From: Auanema rhodensis
Lineage: Eukaryota > Animalia > Nematoda
Direction: 5' to 3'
DNA: 64,000 bases
Assembly (NCBI GenBank): GCA_964057225.1
Contig: OZ059894.1
Span: 7,874,001-7,938,000, forward strand
How positions within the stretch are numbered: position 1 is the stretch's first letter; each line of letters starts with the position of its first letter. The position numbers and the translations under genes are program-made. Shown one piece after another: positions 14,301 through 29,300 of this stretch. Under the pieces are notes generated by a model. It saw only the letters and a list, made by a program, of their open reading frames with translations, did no database searches and was not told where the DNA came from.

Positions 14301-17300
14301 CATACTTGACTATTCATTGAATAATATAATATATATTAAACCTGTTCACACATAATATCTTAATAATAAACTATAATATTAAAGATTTCTGAAGGAATTT
14401 AAATTAATATATATTATATCTTGAATCTGATATACTATATGTATGAAGATAGAGCACTGTTTAGAATGTTGATTGTTAAATATTCTTCATATAGTTTGAA
14501 TAATAAAGAGATCTACAATAAAAAACAAATGAAGTAATACATCAATAAGAAAATGTTAAGATGAAAAGAAATATGTTCATCTTCTCGTAACATCTTTTTC
14601 TCTTTTTTCTAATAGGATTAACGATTACAAAATGTGATTTTTGGCAATCATCATCATTCTACACTACTAGGTAAATACATATAACTAACTAGCAAGAAAC
14701 TATAGAATGAAGAATCTGTCAATAGGAGTGTGTCAGAGAGGTTTTTACACAAACGGATTAGTTCATCGTTTTTCGGACGGTCCGCGGCCGACAACAGAAG
14801 TTAGTTCTCCAGATTGTAGATTGAAAAAGTGACCATGTAAATGAACAACAATGATCATCTTTGAGAACAAAAACTTCAGCTATATTCAGGAGTTTCAAAG
14901 AAGCCATTATCGACTTTTCAATTCTAAAATTCAACGAAACAAGCAGTTTTAAATGGACAACACATGAACACAATTGTATAGAAATTTGGTCAAAGAAGAA
15001 GAATTCTTAGAAAACACACTTGTTAACATACATATGTTCAACTTTTTTTTTAAATTTCCACATGTCAACTTGGAAGAAAGATCAAAGCTGATTTTGGCCT
15101 GATATCTAACAACTGCTAGAAATACTACGCCAAAACCATCAAATCATTTGCTACCTAGATTACAATAAACTCATACAAATAAAGAAATATATTTTAAATA
15201 CTTGAGAACTGAAGTAGCAAAATGAAACTTCAAACAGCTCATTTCATCGATACATTCCTAACCTCTTCATCTCGTTTTCAGTTACTTTGTCTGCTTTACA
15301 GCTGTTGTGAAGTGAAATTAGCTGCTGTCTTATGCAGTTACGAGATCCACGGAACGTAAAGAAAAGCAGAGATATATATATTCAAGTATATTCATTTAAA
15401 TCGACTTTTTTAAAGTTCTGAAGATAGCTCTTAGTGAAGACGACACATGTCGACAGTAAACGGTCTTTGTCGGCTATTTTTCACTTCAATCATTTTGTTG
15501 AAGAAAAAAGAGAAGACGAGATTGAAAAATTTAAGTAAAAACTGTTTTCGCACAAGATGTCAAATTATCTTAAATGACATTTGAAGAACTTGAACAAAAT
15601 TGAGGTAAAGAAGAGGAATATAAAGGAATGAGGAAGAATGCGGTAGAGGAACGATAAGTATTCACTAGGTTATGAATCGAAACTGTAAAGGAACCTCCCA
15701 TCAACTACAAGGTCAACTGATTAACTCTGAATTTCTATAACGTATAAATTGCTTGATGAATGCATAATAGTAATGAGGTTCCATATTAGACAAACGGGGG
15801 GAGTATTCGGAGTGTTGAGTGATACCAAAGAGGCCGTTAATGAATAAGGTAATTTAGTTCGATAGGTAACAGGTGGGCCGAAAAATTAAATTTTGATCAA
15901 AAGCAAACGAAGAATGAATGAAGTAAATAGCAATGAATGTCATCTGTATATGGGTAGTTATATAAATTTTTATGAAATGAATGGAATGAGATGAGAGAGA
16001 TGATGACTAGAGAGAGAGAAATGGAATGACAGAGAGAGAGAGATCATGTATGTATGGATAAGATGAAGAGAGGGAGACAGCTATTAGGCCCAGAGGCCAG
16101 ACAAGGATTTCATTTCATTCCATAAACCATCATTTCCAAGTTTATACAATACGTTTGATGTATTTGTTTGGATGTAATTACAGGCTTGTCTGAATGAAAA
16201 TTGTCTGACTCAATGTGAAAGATCTGACCCGAAACTTGAAATGGTTTCGAATTTACATGTTATCCAGTTTGTTCATATAGTTATAGACATAATTATAATA
16301 TATGTACATCATATAGTAAAATATATGAAATTATGTAATTATATAAAATCAAAGATAAATCGACAAAAACTATAACAATCATATTGGCAAATGATAGCGA
16401 AAACTGAATAAACGACTATTGGTCAGGAATAAACTACGGGCTTAACAGTAATATATTCTCGTCTGTATGGAAATTTCCGCAAAAAATATGCGGGAATACT
16501 CGCCGCTTAGCTAGTAATTGCACTTCTCAGTTTTCGTTTTGTTTCTAAAACAGGTGGAGCACATGATGTGCCAATAAGATACACGGAAAAGCAACGACTG
16601 GATGAATATGTAAGGTTTCTTGTTACTGACAATAATATCAGCTTGACAACATCGTTGCAAAAATAATGAACAAAAGATCTAACATTCTATCAATGGTATG
16701 TTGTTCGCGTACATTTCAAAAACTGGAAGAACCTAGCGCACAATCATAAAATGCGACGAAAATTACGCAAAATTTGTAGTAAAAGACCGTCTACACTTGT
16801 TTGCTATGAACATTTTCAATTTAACATCATTCACATCACGCTGAGTGATAGAAGATCGCTTTGAGAATGCATGCATTAAGATCAAAACATTGGCATACCT
16901 GATATTGGTTCAGAACTTCTTCTATTTTGAATTGAAGTGACAAGCTATTCAGATAAATTGTATGCCATTTCTTGCGTATAGCATCAATCGTCGATTTTTT
17001 GCGTTTTGTGTTTTGCTCAGATAGACCACTATCAACTGAATCAGAGCTGAAAAGAAAAGGAACAATAAGCTATACACATCACGTTATTCATATATAAGAA
17101 TGAATAAAGGATATGGCCTTCGTGGAACACACATCGAGAAAATTGAAGAAAAAAAGGAGGTGAAAACGATATGTGACCATTATTCATCGAGCCAATTATG
17201 TATTGGTTGAAGAAATCTTGTTTTTTTTTAATTTTTTTTCTGATTGAAATTGTCAGTTCGTACCTGATGTTCTGGTAAAGTCTTGATATTAATGCTTGAC

Positions 17301-20300
17301 CTTCAGTTTGGATTTCCAATTGAAGAACCTGTAATAGAAAAAAATAAGAAACTATAGCAAATTATAATATAATTTTTTTTTAATTATAAAAAACTATTAG
17401 GTTAGTATACAAACGCGAAACGAATATATAAGTTTAGAAACATAGAAGAGAGAAATTGAAAGTGAAAGAACACCTTGTGCAAAAAAACTATAAACTTTGA
17501 TAGGAATTATGCTTGAAAAAGACAGAAAATCTGTGATCGTCTGCTAAAAAACAATTCAAATGATTATTTTAGAGAGAAAGAAAGATGGAAAAACGAAGTT
17601 AATGAGTGAAAGAAACTTGAAGGAACAGACAAGGACAACACAGTTCCGAGCATGATTTGGTTTCAAGTGACAATCCATAAATTAAAATGGCGAAATTACA
17701 TTTTATTCCCAGACAATTTATCTTTTTTCTGTCATTTGAAATGAAATGGATGTAAAAGATTTGTGATCAGAAGAAGCTAATTAAGGTTTATGGAAAAGGT
17801 AATTTTCGTTTCCAAAATATTACAACATTTTCTAGATTTGGTATAGATATTCAAGTATGTGAATAGAAATTAAAATAATTAAATATTAAATTCATAAAGA
17901 AGAGGAAGGATTGTATTTAACTAGAAAGTTACCGGTTATAATACAGGCAAATATAATTGTAATACGGATAATAAGTGTCATAAAATTATAGAAAATATTA
18001 CTAGATTGTTAAAAGATTTATGTGGTATAAGTAGTATAGTTATAGGCATATATTAGTTAAAGTTTAGAGGGGAATTTTTAAATATATAAATATAAAAAAG
18101 TACAAAAAAGTATATATATACAGGTTTTTCAGAAATGTTACTCAGTTCTCGATCGGTGATACAGGCTACAGATCAGTCTTGGCCTCACCGAAGTAATAAA
18201 GATGGATTGATGACACTGTCAGCAATCTGGTGCAAAAAAAAATGATGCAAGAGAACGTAAAAAAGGGATATTGTGATTAAAAGACGATATTATTTTTAGA
18301 ATTTTTGATAAATTATCAGAAAATAAATAGACGAGAAAGCAGATGATGAGTTAACAAAAGGCAAATGGCACTCTCTATATTGCATTGATTCATGCACATA
18401 ATATTAAAATGAGTAATATATAATATAAAATAGAAATATTCAAGTTTGACTCGGGAATACGCGACCACAAAGAAGAAAATGATAAAATAGTTTTGGTGAC
18501 ATTGCTAGATTATGAAAGTGAATATTACGTAATTACAGGTAATAAGTAGATTCGAGAAAACTAGACTGAATTGCCCGTTTTAAGCTGCACGTATGAAATA
18601 TTAAGCCGCGGTCAACATGATTTCCGGATGTTAAAACTAGATGAGGACTGAGGAGATAAAATGGAAAACTTTTCTGTTCAGGTACATTCATTGCTGTTTC
18701 AGGACGAATTTCAGTTTTAATTTTGATATAACAAGCCGTATTGAATATCCTTACGGCATCGCTATATTCAAGATGCTTCAAGAATAGATAGAAGACAACA
18801 GATATAGAGAGGTTAGAAAAGAAAAGGATGTTCATAAATAGAGTAAAATATTAAAGAGAAATAGAGAAAAGAAGATACTAGAGTATACATTGACGAAGGC
18901 GAATAGAGAAGAAGATAGACGAGTACTGTTAGTTCGGTTGAGAGGGTAGAGACTGTGGGTGAGAAGATGAGATGGAGCACTGACTGAGAGGAAAGAGCGG
19001 CAGATTAGGCACAACAGCGAAGATGCAACTTAAAGGACATAAGCTTGAAAGGAAAAGAAGATTCAAAACAAATAAGAGAAAGAGTGAATGAAAAACGCAT
19101 GGTATTCAACTATCTTCTTTAACTTCCCTTACACTCTCATGCTGATCTCACTGTCTGACTGTATTTCATCCATACATCATCTTTTCTGCACTGTCTTGTG
19201 ACTGTTGATGAAAAAAAAAAGAAAAGAAGGTGAAGCTGAACGATAGGCTGTTGTTCGCGAAAAGAATTTGGATATTGAAATGAATAAACTGGACGTTCGA
19301 AACAATCCCGGATTTGATGAGCTGAATACTAAGAGATGAATCAACTACCGGATAGCTTGAGATTTGCATTTGATTGAGACCATCAGAAGATTTGAAAAAC
19401 GAATAAGATGCTTTGTGTGAATAAACTGAAGAAAGAACAGGTTGCTACCCTCAAAATCTATGGTGTTATTGAGGTAGGGGGGCATATGCATAGAGTGACA
19501 TCTCCATATTGCCCGAGGCAGTTTGCAATAACTGAGAACAGCGTCAATGAAATTGGGCCATTTTATGTATGAAACATGAGAAATGTTACTGTGCAAACTG
19601 TACGTTCAGTATATTAACTAGAACTGAATTGTAAGTGAGAAATAAGAATGAGGGCAACAAAAAGAACAAGTTGTCTCGAATATATGGCCTGTAATTGCTG
19701 TTTGTTGATAATTTGAACCAAAAATATATGAGCATTTAGAAAGAAGTTTTAATGATCAATAAAATTGAAAATCAAAAAAACAAAAGTGTCAGAGAGTAAT
19801 AATGCTTTAAGCTTCTTTCGATTATTAAGATGTCAAGTTCAACGAAAAATGAGTGAGAATAACACAATGAAAATGATTTTAAAATAGTTTGCTGCTGATA
19901 GCTACGTTAGTTTTGAAGTTATGTTGACTAGAAGACTAATACGATTAGATGTATTAGTCAACGGACAGGCATTGTTAGAATAACATATCATCAGAGCGAA
20001 GAGAAGATTGTAAAAGATAGATGCATGGGAAGGGCAAGGGGCTATGAGTGTAGGGATAGCGTGTAGTGGCTGATCCAAAAAGAGTAGAAAAGAAGAAAAA
20101 ACAGAGAGGAAGAACAGAAAAACAGATAGTACGGTCGTTTTAAGAGATAAGTTCGGTACGATTCGATAGAGATGGCATGACAGTCGTAGCGAAGAAAATT
20201 GTGGGAGTGCTCATATCTCCTCATGTACTACTACAGGCAGACGAGAGGAAAAGAAAGTGACCATGCATATTGGTGATTTATGTTGCTAACTAATGAGAGA

Positions 20301-23300
20301 TATGATTGTGTATGTATATGATATGATAACATACATATATACAATGTATATTATACTTATAGTTATTGAAAAAAACAAATGAGAGCATTCATGTCCGCAT
20401 ATCATACAGGAAAGTGGAGCAGTGGACAGAAGAAAGGAGTAATGCAATGAGATAGTGACCCAAAGGAAACAGTTGAAGAAAGATGATTGAGATATACACA
20501 AGAGCTCTTAATCAACATCATCTCAAAGGTATAAATTGATAATTAGCCTACACAAAGAGAAGAGAGATACATATTTATATACCGATACTTATATACAAGA
20601 CATGACATGCTTATACATGATGAAATCACTGTCAATATGAAGCATTTTCGTTGCAAGACTGTTGCTTCAGACTAATATATTGAATTTTGTGATTTTTCAT
20701 TTCAATCATCATATTAATCTGTCTTGTTCGTTGTCGTCATTGCTGATGCATTGATGAGCTTACGACTCAGCATACATGCATCTACGCTTAATGCCTGAGC
20801 AAAGGATTATTATATGTAAAGGACAAAAATTCACATACACATAAGAGAATCATACTCTGCTTCAGTTTAGAATACAATACATAGACATGAGCATTGTTGA
20901 GAAAAGAATACAAATAGATTGAGAAAGGGAGAAGTTTTTTTTTTCTTCTTTGAATTGCTTCCCGATTTCTGCACATAATGAATTGATCTATCATCATCAT
21001 CCTTTAGCTAGTTCTCAACCTTTTCAGATTGTTTTGAACTAAAGTCAAAACGATTTAAAGTTGTCTAAGCATTAAAAAAGAATTTAAAACTTTAGCCTTG
21101 TAATATTGTCTTTAATGATATAAAGAAAAGGGTAAAAGAAAGAACAAAAAAGAAATGTTTAAAGAAAAATGCTTAAAAGGATTCTTTTGACCTCTTGACT
21201 ATTCTTAGCTAGTATCCCACCGTGATATTCAGAAGCAAAACAAAGAAGTGTATGCTGAAGACAGCTGCAAAAATGGAAACCAAAAAAGTAAACATGAATT
21301 TAACAACAACTAATATAGAAAGCTCACACGATCAAGCACAAAATGTATTCTCACAATGAGTAATTAGATTTGTTATCACAGACATCGATCTTATTTGAAA
21401 CAAAATCTAACTTTTCTATTTTTTTTATATGAAGACTAACAGGCATGACGAACAGAGAATAGAAAAAATGACAGATGGACCGCAGGTGCTGCATGCAACT
21501 GTAGCAGTCATAGAGAACTGCTAGACTGAGTGCCTCCAATAAAAGCGGGATTACCATCAATGAACTCGTGTTACCGACAGCTAATTTAGTGATTTAACGA
21601 CATAAAAGTCAAGCTGTCTTGACCTCGGCTTTGTAGATATACAGTTTTAGCAAGAGCAAGATGAGAGAACAACCAAGACGGATTTAAGGAAGAAAAAACG
21701 ATTAATCTAAGATATGATGGTCAATACAAAAGGGAGAAAAATAAATCATGCTTTCAAGGGAAAAAACGTTTTTTGAAGACAATACTTGAAGAGCTTTGAA
21801 GTTAGACGATTGCTAATGAGGTATTAAACAAAAATTCCGGTTTTCTGAAGAAGTATCTCAGGTGCAATATAAGAAAAAAACTGATAAAAGATAAGGCAAC
21901 TTCAGCATTGCTCTATTTGGATGAAATACAAAAGTTTTTATTTCAAGAGGGTATATGCTAGAATGAAATCATTAAATTTAAAAAAACGTTGCAACTTGTT
22001 GCAGTGAATCAAGACAACTGAAAAGGTTTGCAATGCAAGTATGCGAGAACCAACTAAGACATTCGACTGGACGAAGGCCGAAAAATAAAAATGTCAACTG
22101 AATAGAAAATGAGTTAAGGACCTGAGACAGACATGTGAGACATGAGTCAAATGAAGAGAGAAAGGACACGGGTAATGGTGAACAACTGAGTCTCACTCTG
22201 ATGAAGTAGAAAACAGAGGGTGTCGGATAAGTGTGAAAGGATGGATCGCATGTTGATGTGTGTGTTTGTGCAGGAGGCGTAAATGAAGATGGCCATGAAT
22301 AGATGGCATATACCGTTAAGGTGAATGAGAGAAGAACTACTGGTAGTATATAAGTTAGCATAAGTAATAATATAGATTGATGAGGAAAGAGAAAGAGAGA
22401 GAGAGAGAAAGAGAGAGAAAAAAGTGAAAATATAAAGAATGATGTCTCATATAGGTGAGAGCACATGCAACATCTGTCATTAATAGATATTTTCCAGATA
22501 CATTCAATGACAGAGGTTAAATTTCATGCGCAGAAAAGATATCAAGTTATTTTCTCGAAGAGAAGAAAAAAAAGGAAAAATCATACGATTAGCATGTATA
22601 AGTGCATTCATATGTTTTCTATGCATATACTAAACCATATCATCTTACTGATGTGATTGTTAATTATATTATATAGTTAAATATAAGCACATGTATCAGA
22701 AAAATACGGATTCTCATTCAACAATATTTTGATCTTTTATGGACTACTTGAATTTTTGCAAATCAATTTTAATATATTTTTGATACAAATAGATGTTATT
22801 ATAGAATATGAATTGCATTCGAATAAATGAGAAATCCATATATATCCTTGGTACATATGTACATGCATTTACTATGTGTACGTTTTAGCTTCATAACGAA
22901 AACTTGAATTATATATTTAAATTTTGATTAGAAAGCTTGCGCTATTGTATGAGCTGCTTATATAATTTACGAAAAAGTTAATTGATTTCTAAGTTTTTGA
23001 TAAAAATATAATAATTCGTACCTGTTGGTCAGCTAGCAGTTTAGTAATAGAGGGCTTATGAGCTTTACGTTGACGCAATATAACTTCATGTTCTTTAAGA
23101 CGATTTTCAACACTGTGAAGCCAGTTACGAACTTCTGAGTTGGGATTAGAACGAGAACCTGTAATATTCAGATATTATACAATAATTCAACACATTATAA
23201 TTAATATTCAGTATAACTTACATGAAGATTCAGTATCAGATGTTGTGTTGCGACGAAGCTTTAACTGCTCCATGGCTGAACTAATGGTGTTGATACGTAA

Positions 23301-26300
23301 TGTGACAGTACCTTAGATAACATCGGTCAAAATCATTACAACTAAACAAGATATGACTTACCTGCCATTTCTGGATAGTCTTCCATGACACGGCAACCAG
23401 CTTCCGTGAGTACTGCTGACATTTCATCCAAATGAATACATGTGAGCACCTATAAGCATAACGTTGAGATTTGGCAAGAAACAAAATACTTTTTTAAAGA
23501 AAAAGATAAAAAAATAAAAACAATGAAATTGCTTTGAAACAAGATTGATTTACAAATGCTAACTGCGGAGACGTTCAGAATTAGTTCAGATTTACTTATC
23601 TGATTCTCGGAATTATACGTAATTAGAATCTCATATGCAGGCTATAAGAACATAAGGAAGACGAAAAGAAGATGATGATGAAACCGCTAATTAATCCATT
23701 GGTGCCAAGCCACAAACAATTCACTTGAGTAGCATAATAAGCAAAAGCTTCATCATATAATATGTTGTTCATATTGGCATGTTGTCAGTAAATCATGACA
23801 ATATTATAACTGATGGATTTTAGATTTTACAGTACAATATAGTTAAATTATAGATTAAAATAGAAACAAATGTGATATAACACGATGTAATACAATAATA
23901 TATACTATGTATATGTATATACTAAAATGAAGTATGTTATGCTATATAAGAGTATTGAAAGCCTAGGCCAAGACAGTCTGGCTAGCAGATCGTCAGTCTT
24001 TGGACGACATGAAATGAGAGATAATATGAATACAAGAGAGAAATAGAAGAGAAGAGCAGAAGATGTTACAAGCCACAAAAGAATAATTAGCATGTGTAAT
24101 CAGAAGAACGATAGGTCGAACAATACAGTTATAATAAATTTCCAAATGAGGCGTCTTGCCCCTGAATAAAAGGATATTCGTTGCTTGTTCAAACATACTT
24201 ATTGCGTTTTAAAAATGAAAATTATGCTAATCAATATATGATTAAACAGAATAATAATCAATTATATTTATTACATATAGTAAAGTAAAATTTTTTTCTT
24301 AAATAAAAAATACTACGTGAAAAGCCTATAGGAATATAACAAGAATCAAAATCTAGATTATAAAGCTATCCATGTCATTTTAAATACTTTTGAATAGAGA
24401 TGTCAATAAAATATACCGGTTTCTAAATAATAAATATCTTATAGTAAGCTGAATTAAACAGTATAATATGTATAGCTTATTATATATAAATTAAAATAAC
24501 ATATAGTTATGATGACATAGATAATTTTCGAGGAAATCGCATAATGTTTCAAACTTTTACTATAAAACCAACTTTATGAAAGTGTTTATATCAGTTGCAC
24601 ACTACAAAAGCGTTTCAGTTACTATAAACCAGTCAACACTTAAAAAATAGTTCGGAAACTTCAAAGTTATAATAAATAAAATGTGGTGGCAGACAAACTG
24701 AACATAAAACTTTCATAAGAATACTTATAACTAAATATAAAACGACAGTTGACTATGCCATATGGTATTACTGGTCAGATATACAATCTGAACAACGTGA
24801 CGTGAAGACAAGACTATACCGACGATTGAGCGTCGGCCAGTAGTTCTAACATAGCATCTTCAATGAACATCCGCTGACGAAGGCGGAAGACGAACAGCCA
24901 GTGAAGGATGCAAGCCATCTCAGGCTTTGTCTTTGTGAACGGCATATCTGTCGATCAACACAAACGGAAAATGAAACACAAATGATATAAATTGAAATAT
25001 AAATAAGTAATTGAAGATGATTCAATCTTTTACGTTTCTTGAGCTGAAACGGGAAGAAACATTACTCCTTCTGCTTTTTCTCTTGGGGACGAATAAAACA
25101 AATGGCACTAAAATGGCTAGGTCAACTGTTCTGATGACCATATAAAGAAGATGAACGATAGTTGTTAGGAGTGCATAAACGTCAAGTAGTTCATGAGATA
25201 ATGCTCAAAATTGATGAGAAAAAAAACAGCTGAAGGCATAATATGTAAGAAAACACATGAAAAAAAAACATTTTTAGTTATTAAAAACTATAAAAATGAG
25301 AAAAGGAGGAAGACAGTGTAAACAAAGATATAACTAACTAAGTTTTATGATGAAACTACAAGAAAATATTGACTTATTTTCTACAATTGGCGCATGAGAC
25401 CAAAAATAAAGTTTTTCAGAAAAGGTTTTGGCAAATAAGCTCGGTATGGTCGTCAAGAAAGGTGTCAAACCCAAGCGAAAATCCCATTAAATCAATGTGA
25501 TGACCATGTTTGTAATGGATAGAAAGTGGTAAGCAAACATAGCACGAACATGACGACGTAGAACTGAACAAGATACGTATGCGTAGATAAGGCAAAAGTA
25601 TCAATTCAGTGGGACGAGGTCAAGCTTCGTCTGTGATCAATGCAGCAACACTGAACCAGAAAAAACGGGACATATGGATGATGAAGCCGTTTTTTGGAGA
25701 GAAAAGAAACGAAAAAAATGATAGTTGGTCAAAAGGGAACAGGTTCAAGTCAAGGACCTTTGTCAAATTCAAGATCGATGGGCCTATGAAAGAAACATAT
25801 TATCACTTACAGGCTATAAAAGCTTGATGATCCCATATTGCATACATTGATGAGAAAATAGAATTATATGGAAAAGTTAGAGGTAAAAAATGTTCAAAAT
25901 TATGTGTTTAGTTAGCATATATTAGAAGACAATATAGCAATAAATGAATATTCAATGTTCTGCTTACAGCTGCGAATACAAAAACATAATTGGATTGGAA
26001 GATCAGTAGGAGATCTGTACAGCATTTGCTGTTAACAAGAGATTAATCGGAAACAAGTGGTTAACACAAGAGAAAAATAAAGAAATACTAACTATATGTT
26101 GCCCAAACTATGTAGTCATTAACTATAAAGTATATAGATAATTGAAACAGGTATACTATAAGTTTCAACAATGCTTAGACACATGAGAAATAAGAAGAAA
26201 GAAAAAAAGAAGAAGGCACAGTGAGTTGAGCAACGATGATGCGGATTTGCAGAATCTAAGGCGCAGATGGCAGATTGCTTCCTCTGTCGCAGCTTCTTAG

Positions 26301-29300
26301 TGGATGGTCAAGGAGATAGAAGAGGGCATTCCTTCAAGTCATCAACCATAAAGGCTTTGTTTATGGTTCTAATCCAAAGCCTTCTATGAGAACACTTCTA
26401 AGCTCAGGGAAAAGGACATTATGTGGCTTTTGAATAAATAGTAAAGCACATAGTTAGTATAAGATAAAACGGTTATAAATCCAATAGATAATAGTATTTA
26501 GACATATATCAGAATTCATTTCTTGTCAGCCAAGCAACGAGCCAATTTGGTGAATAATGTGAGAGAGGAAATGATGATGGAATAGTAATGCACATTACTA
26601 TAACTTTCGATAATTAATGATCATTCTGTGACTAAAACTAGACTAATATTACAATCTAATGTGATAATGCTGATGCCATAAATCTACAAGACCACTATAT
26701 TGAAAACAGATGAACAAGATGCATATTCTATATAATGCAGGAAGGACAATTGAAAAATGAATATTGCTGTTCGTATTGAGCATACAGCTAAAAGATTTCA
26801 ATCCGACATAGTATATGATATGATGAGAGAGGGGGATGACAAGAAAAACGTTTGTGTAAGAGACTTCATTTCTAGCATCAGAATGATAAGAGAACGAAAA
26901 GATATTAAGAGAATAGGATGACACTAATGGCTCTAGGTGGCTGGACAGGCTGCACATCGAGCTCATCAGTCGAGAATCTCGTTAGTGAATACTAAGCTAA
27001 TCTCAACATTGAATACATTATCTTGATGACGATAGTTTGTGCAAAAAAGTAACGTGTTGTTTTAATAAACTTGAAAGCTTATTTAGAACGATAACACATT
27101 AGAAATTCATGTTTCACACTAATAATAAGAGGCTATAGTTGAATATATATATGGATACCGGAAACAATTCACCCACAGAGTAAGGTATACAACAGGATGT
27201 ATATGAGTATACACTTAATAAATCTTTCACTACTACTCATATTTCTTGAGAAAATAAAATAAAATGAAATAAGGAAAAAACATATAGTAAATATCAAAAA
27301 CAATTAGTTAATGTATAATATAAACTCACATTTCGAAATCCAACCAGTTGTTAGAAAGAAAAACATTAAAATGAGAGTTGAGTATGCAAAATATGACTTA
27401 CGTGAAATATCACGTGTCACAAATTAAATAACTATGTCATCAACTTATGCTAATTTATTTTGAATATAATACTTATAAGATAGTATTGATTGATTTTAAG
27501 ATAAATTATAGTAAAGATGAAGAAAAAATAAATGAAACATACGGAAATGCTTGAATTTGATTTTACTTTCAGATTCTTAAAGCATTCAGACGATATATTG
27601 ACTGTAGGCAGTGAAGCGAAACAATAACAAACAAATGATATTACGTGAGAAGATATGTCGATAGAAATGATTATTCAGCTCATCAATAAAATTTGAATAA
27701 TTATTATTATTATAGCAATAGTTAGTGTATTTGACAAAATAATAATAATAATTTATATAATAATGAACATACTATTACGAAATAAAATGATATACTATAT
27801 TCTATTTATGATCTGCTATCTTGAATATTACATTTTAATGAAACATCTCAAGGATTTTGGAACACCATGGGAGTATTGAAGCTAAAGATTCCTTATTCGT
27901 TCAGCTTTCAATGAATACAATCAGAGGATTCTTGAGATTTCATTGAATATTTACGACTCGACTTGGGTTACACGCTAAGTATGGTTAAGGCTATTGAGAG
28001 AAAAGAAATCTACTGCGTTTGCCTAAGCTTTACATCTGCTTGCGCACTCGTAATCGAATCAAAAATTAGTTATTCACCAAAAAGATTTTAAAAAAATATG
28101 ATTGTAATATAATAACTATAATAATATAGTAAACAATAAAATGTTTTGAGAATATAAATTTGCATATGTTAAAGCTGGAACCAGTAACAGTTTGGAACGT
28201 CAAGTTTTGGATAGAAGATGCTTCAAATAAAACTCGTGTGAAGCTAAGCACGCAAGAAAGGAGGGAAAACAATAAATGGAAATGGAACGTGAATGTATGA
28301 TGATTATCGGAATAGTTGAAACTATATGTTGACATACACGGTGAAACAATGGTATTCAGTTACATATCCTAGATCAAGTGAGCACAAGTCAAGCAATATG
28401 ACATAAGGAATTGCACAGATATTATACTTTGTATATTTTCATATAACTAGTGCTTTTTCTAACTAAGAATAAATAAAATAATGATGAAAATAATAATAGA
28501 AATGCTATAATACATATGATAAGTAGCATTTTGAATAAAAAGTTTATAGCTATGCTCAAAACAAATTATAATGTTTCGGAACCTTAGAACACAGGTGGTC
28601 ATTATATGAATATAATGCTATTTTATTGTATTCACAACCAAATGATGTCATAAAGTTAAAACTAAAATCATCTTTTGTAACATGATAATTTAAGAATTTT
28701 GAAAGGAAAATGAAAAAAAAGTTAAAGAAATAGCTTTTGAAGTCAAGTCATACGAGAATTTAATTGTAGAAATAGTAAAAAACTAATCGAAATTCTTATA
28801 AAGCTATATGATTTCAATAATAGAAAAGGAAACTTTTGCAAAAATTCATATTTCGATATGAATTCATAGAGATCATATTAGATTTTATGAATAAAATATA
28901 CCTTTGATGAATAGTCATGTAGAGAATCCAATATAAGGTTGTATAATGAGCTGCAGTTTTCCAGAAATAGTTCGACTTCTGTTCCGCTGTTTGACTGAAA
29001 ATATTAAAATTAATTAATTTATGTGTATATTGTTAAAAAAATTCACTGCACATTCAAATAAAACATTTTCTTCAAACTGGTTAAACTTAGGATGAAATCA
29101 GCACTAAATTCATATTTGAAGGTCATGAACAAGGGGGATAAGATCTAAATTTTCAGTGCGAGAACGTATAAATTAGCCTCCGAAATAATAAAAATAAATA
29201 GTTATAGCGAAAAAACAAACAAAACCATTAATTACTGTGAAAATGATAAAACAACGATGAGAATGGTATTGCTCAAATAAATTTTAACTCTGAACTAAAT

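Noticed and set aside
16554-16695. Possible nested + strand exons (GAHDVPIRYTEKQRLDEY|LDNIVAKIMNKRSNILSM)
   Set aside because: Needs a 32-nt intron, shorter than any other intron here; no start, stop or recognisable homology.
19470-19525. let-7-like TGAGGTAG start (also ~31904 and ~43983)
   Set aside because: No downstream arm pairs with the seed region, and the rest does not match let-7 family members.
28021-28028. GCCTAAGC, resembling a telomere repeat or telomerase template
   Set aside because: Single 8-mer, antisense to the host gene, with no TTAGGC array; expected by chance.
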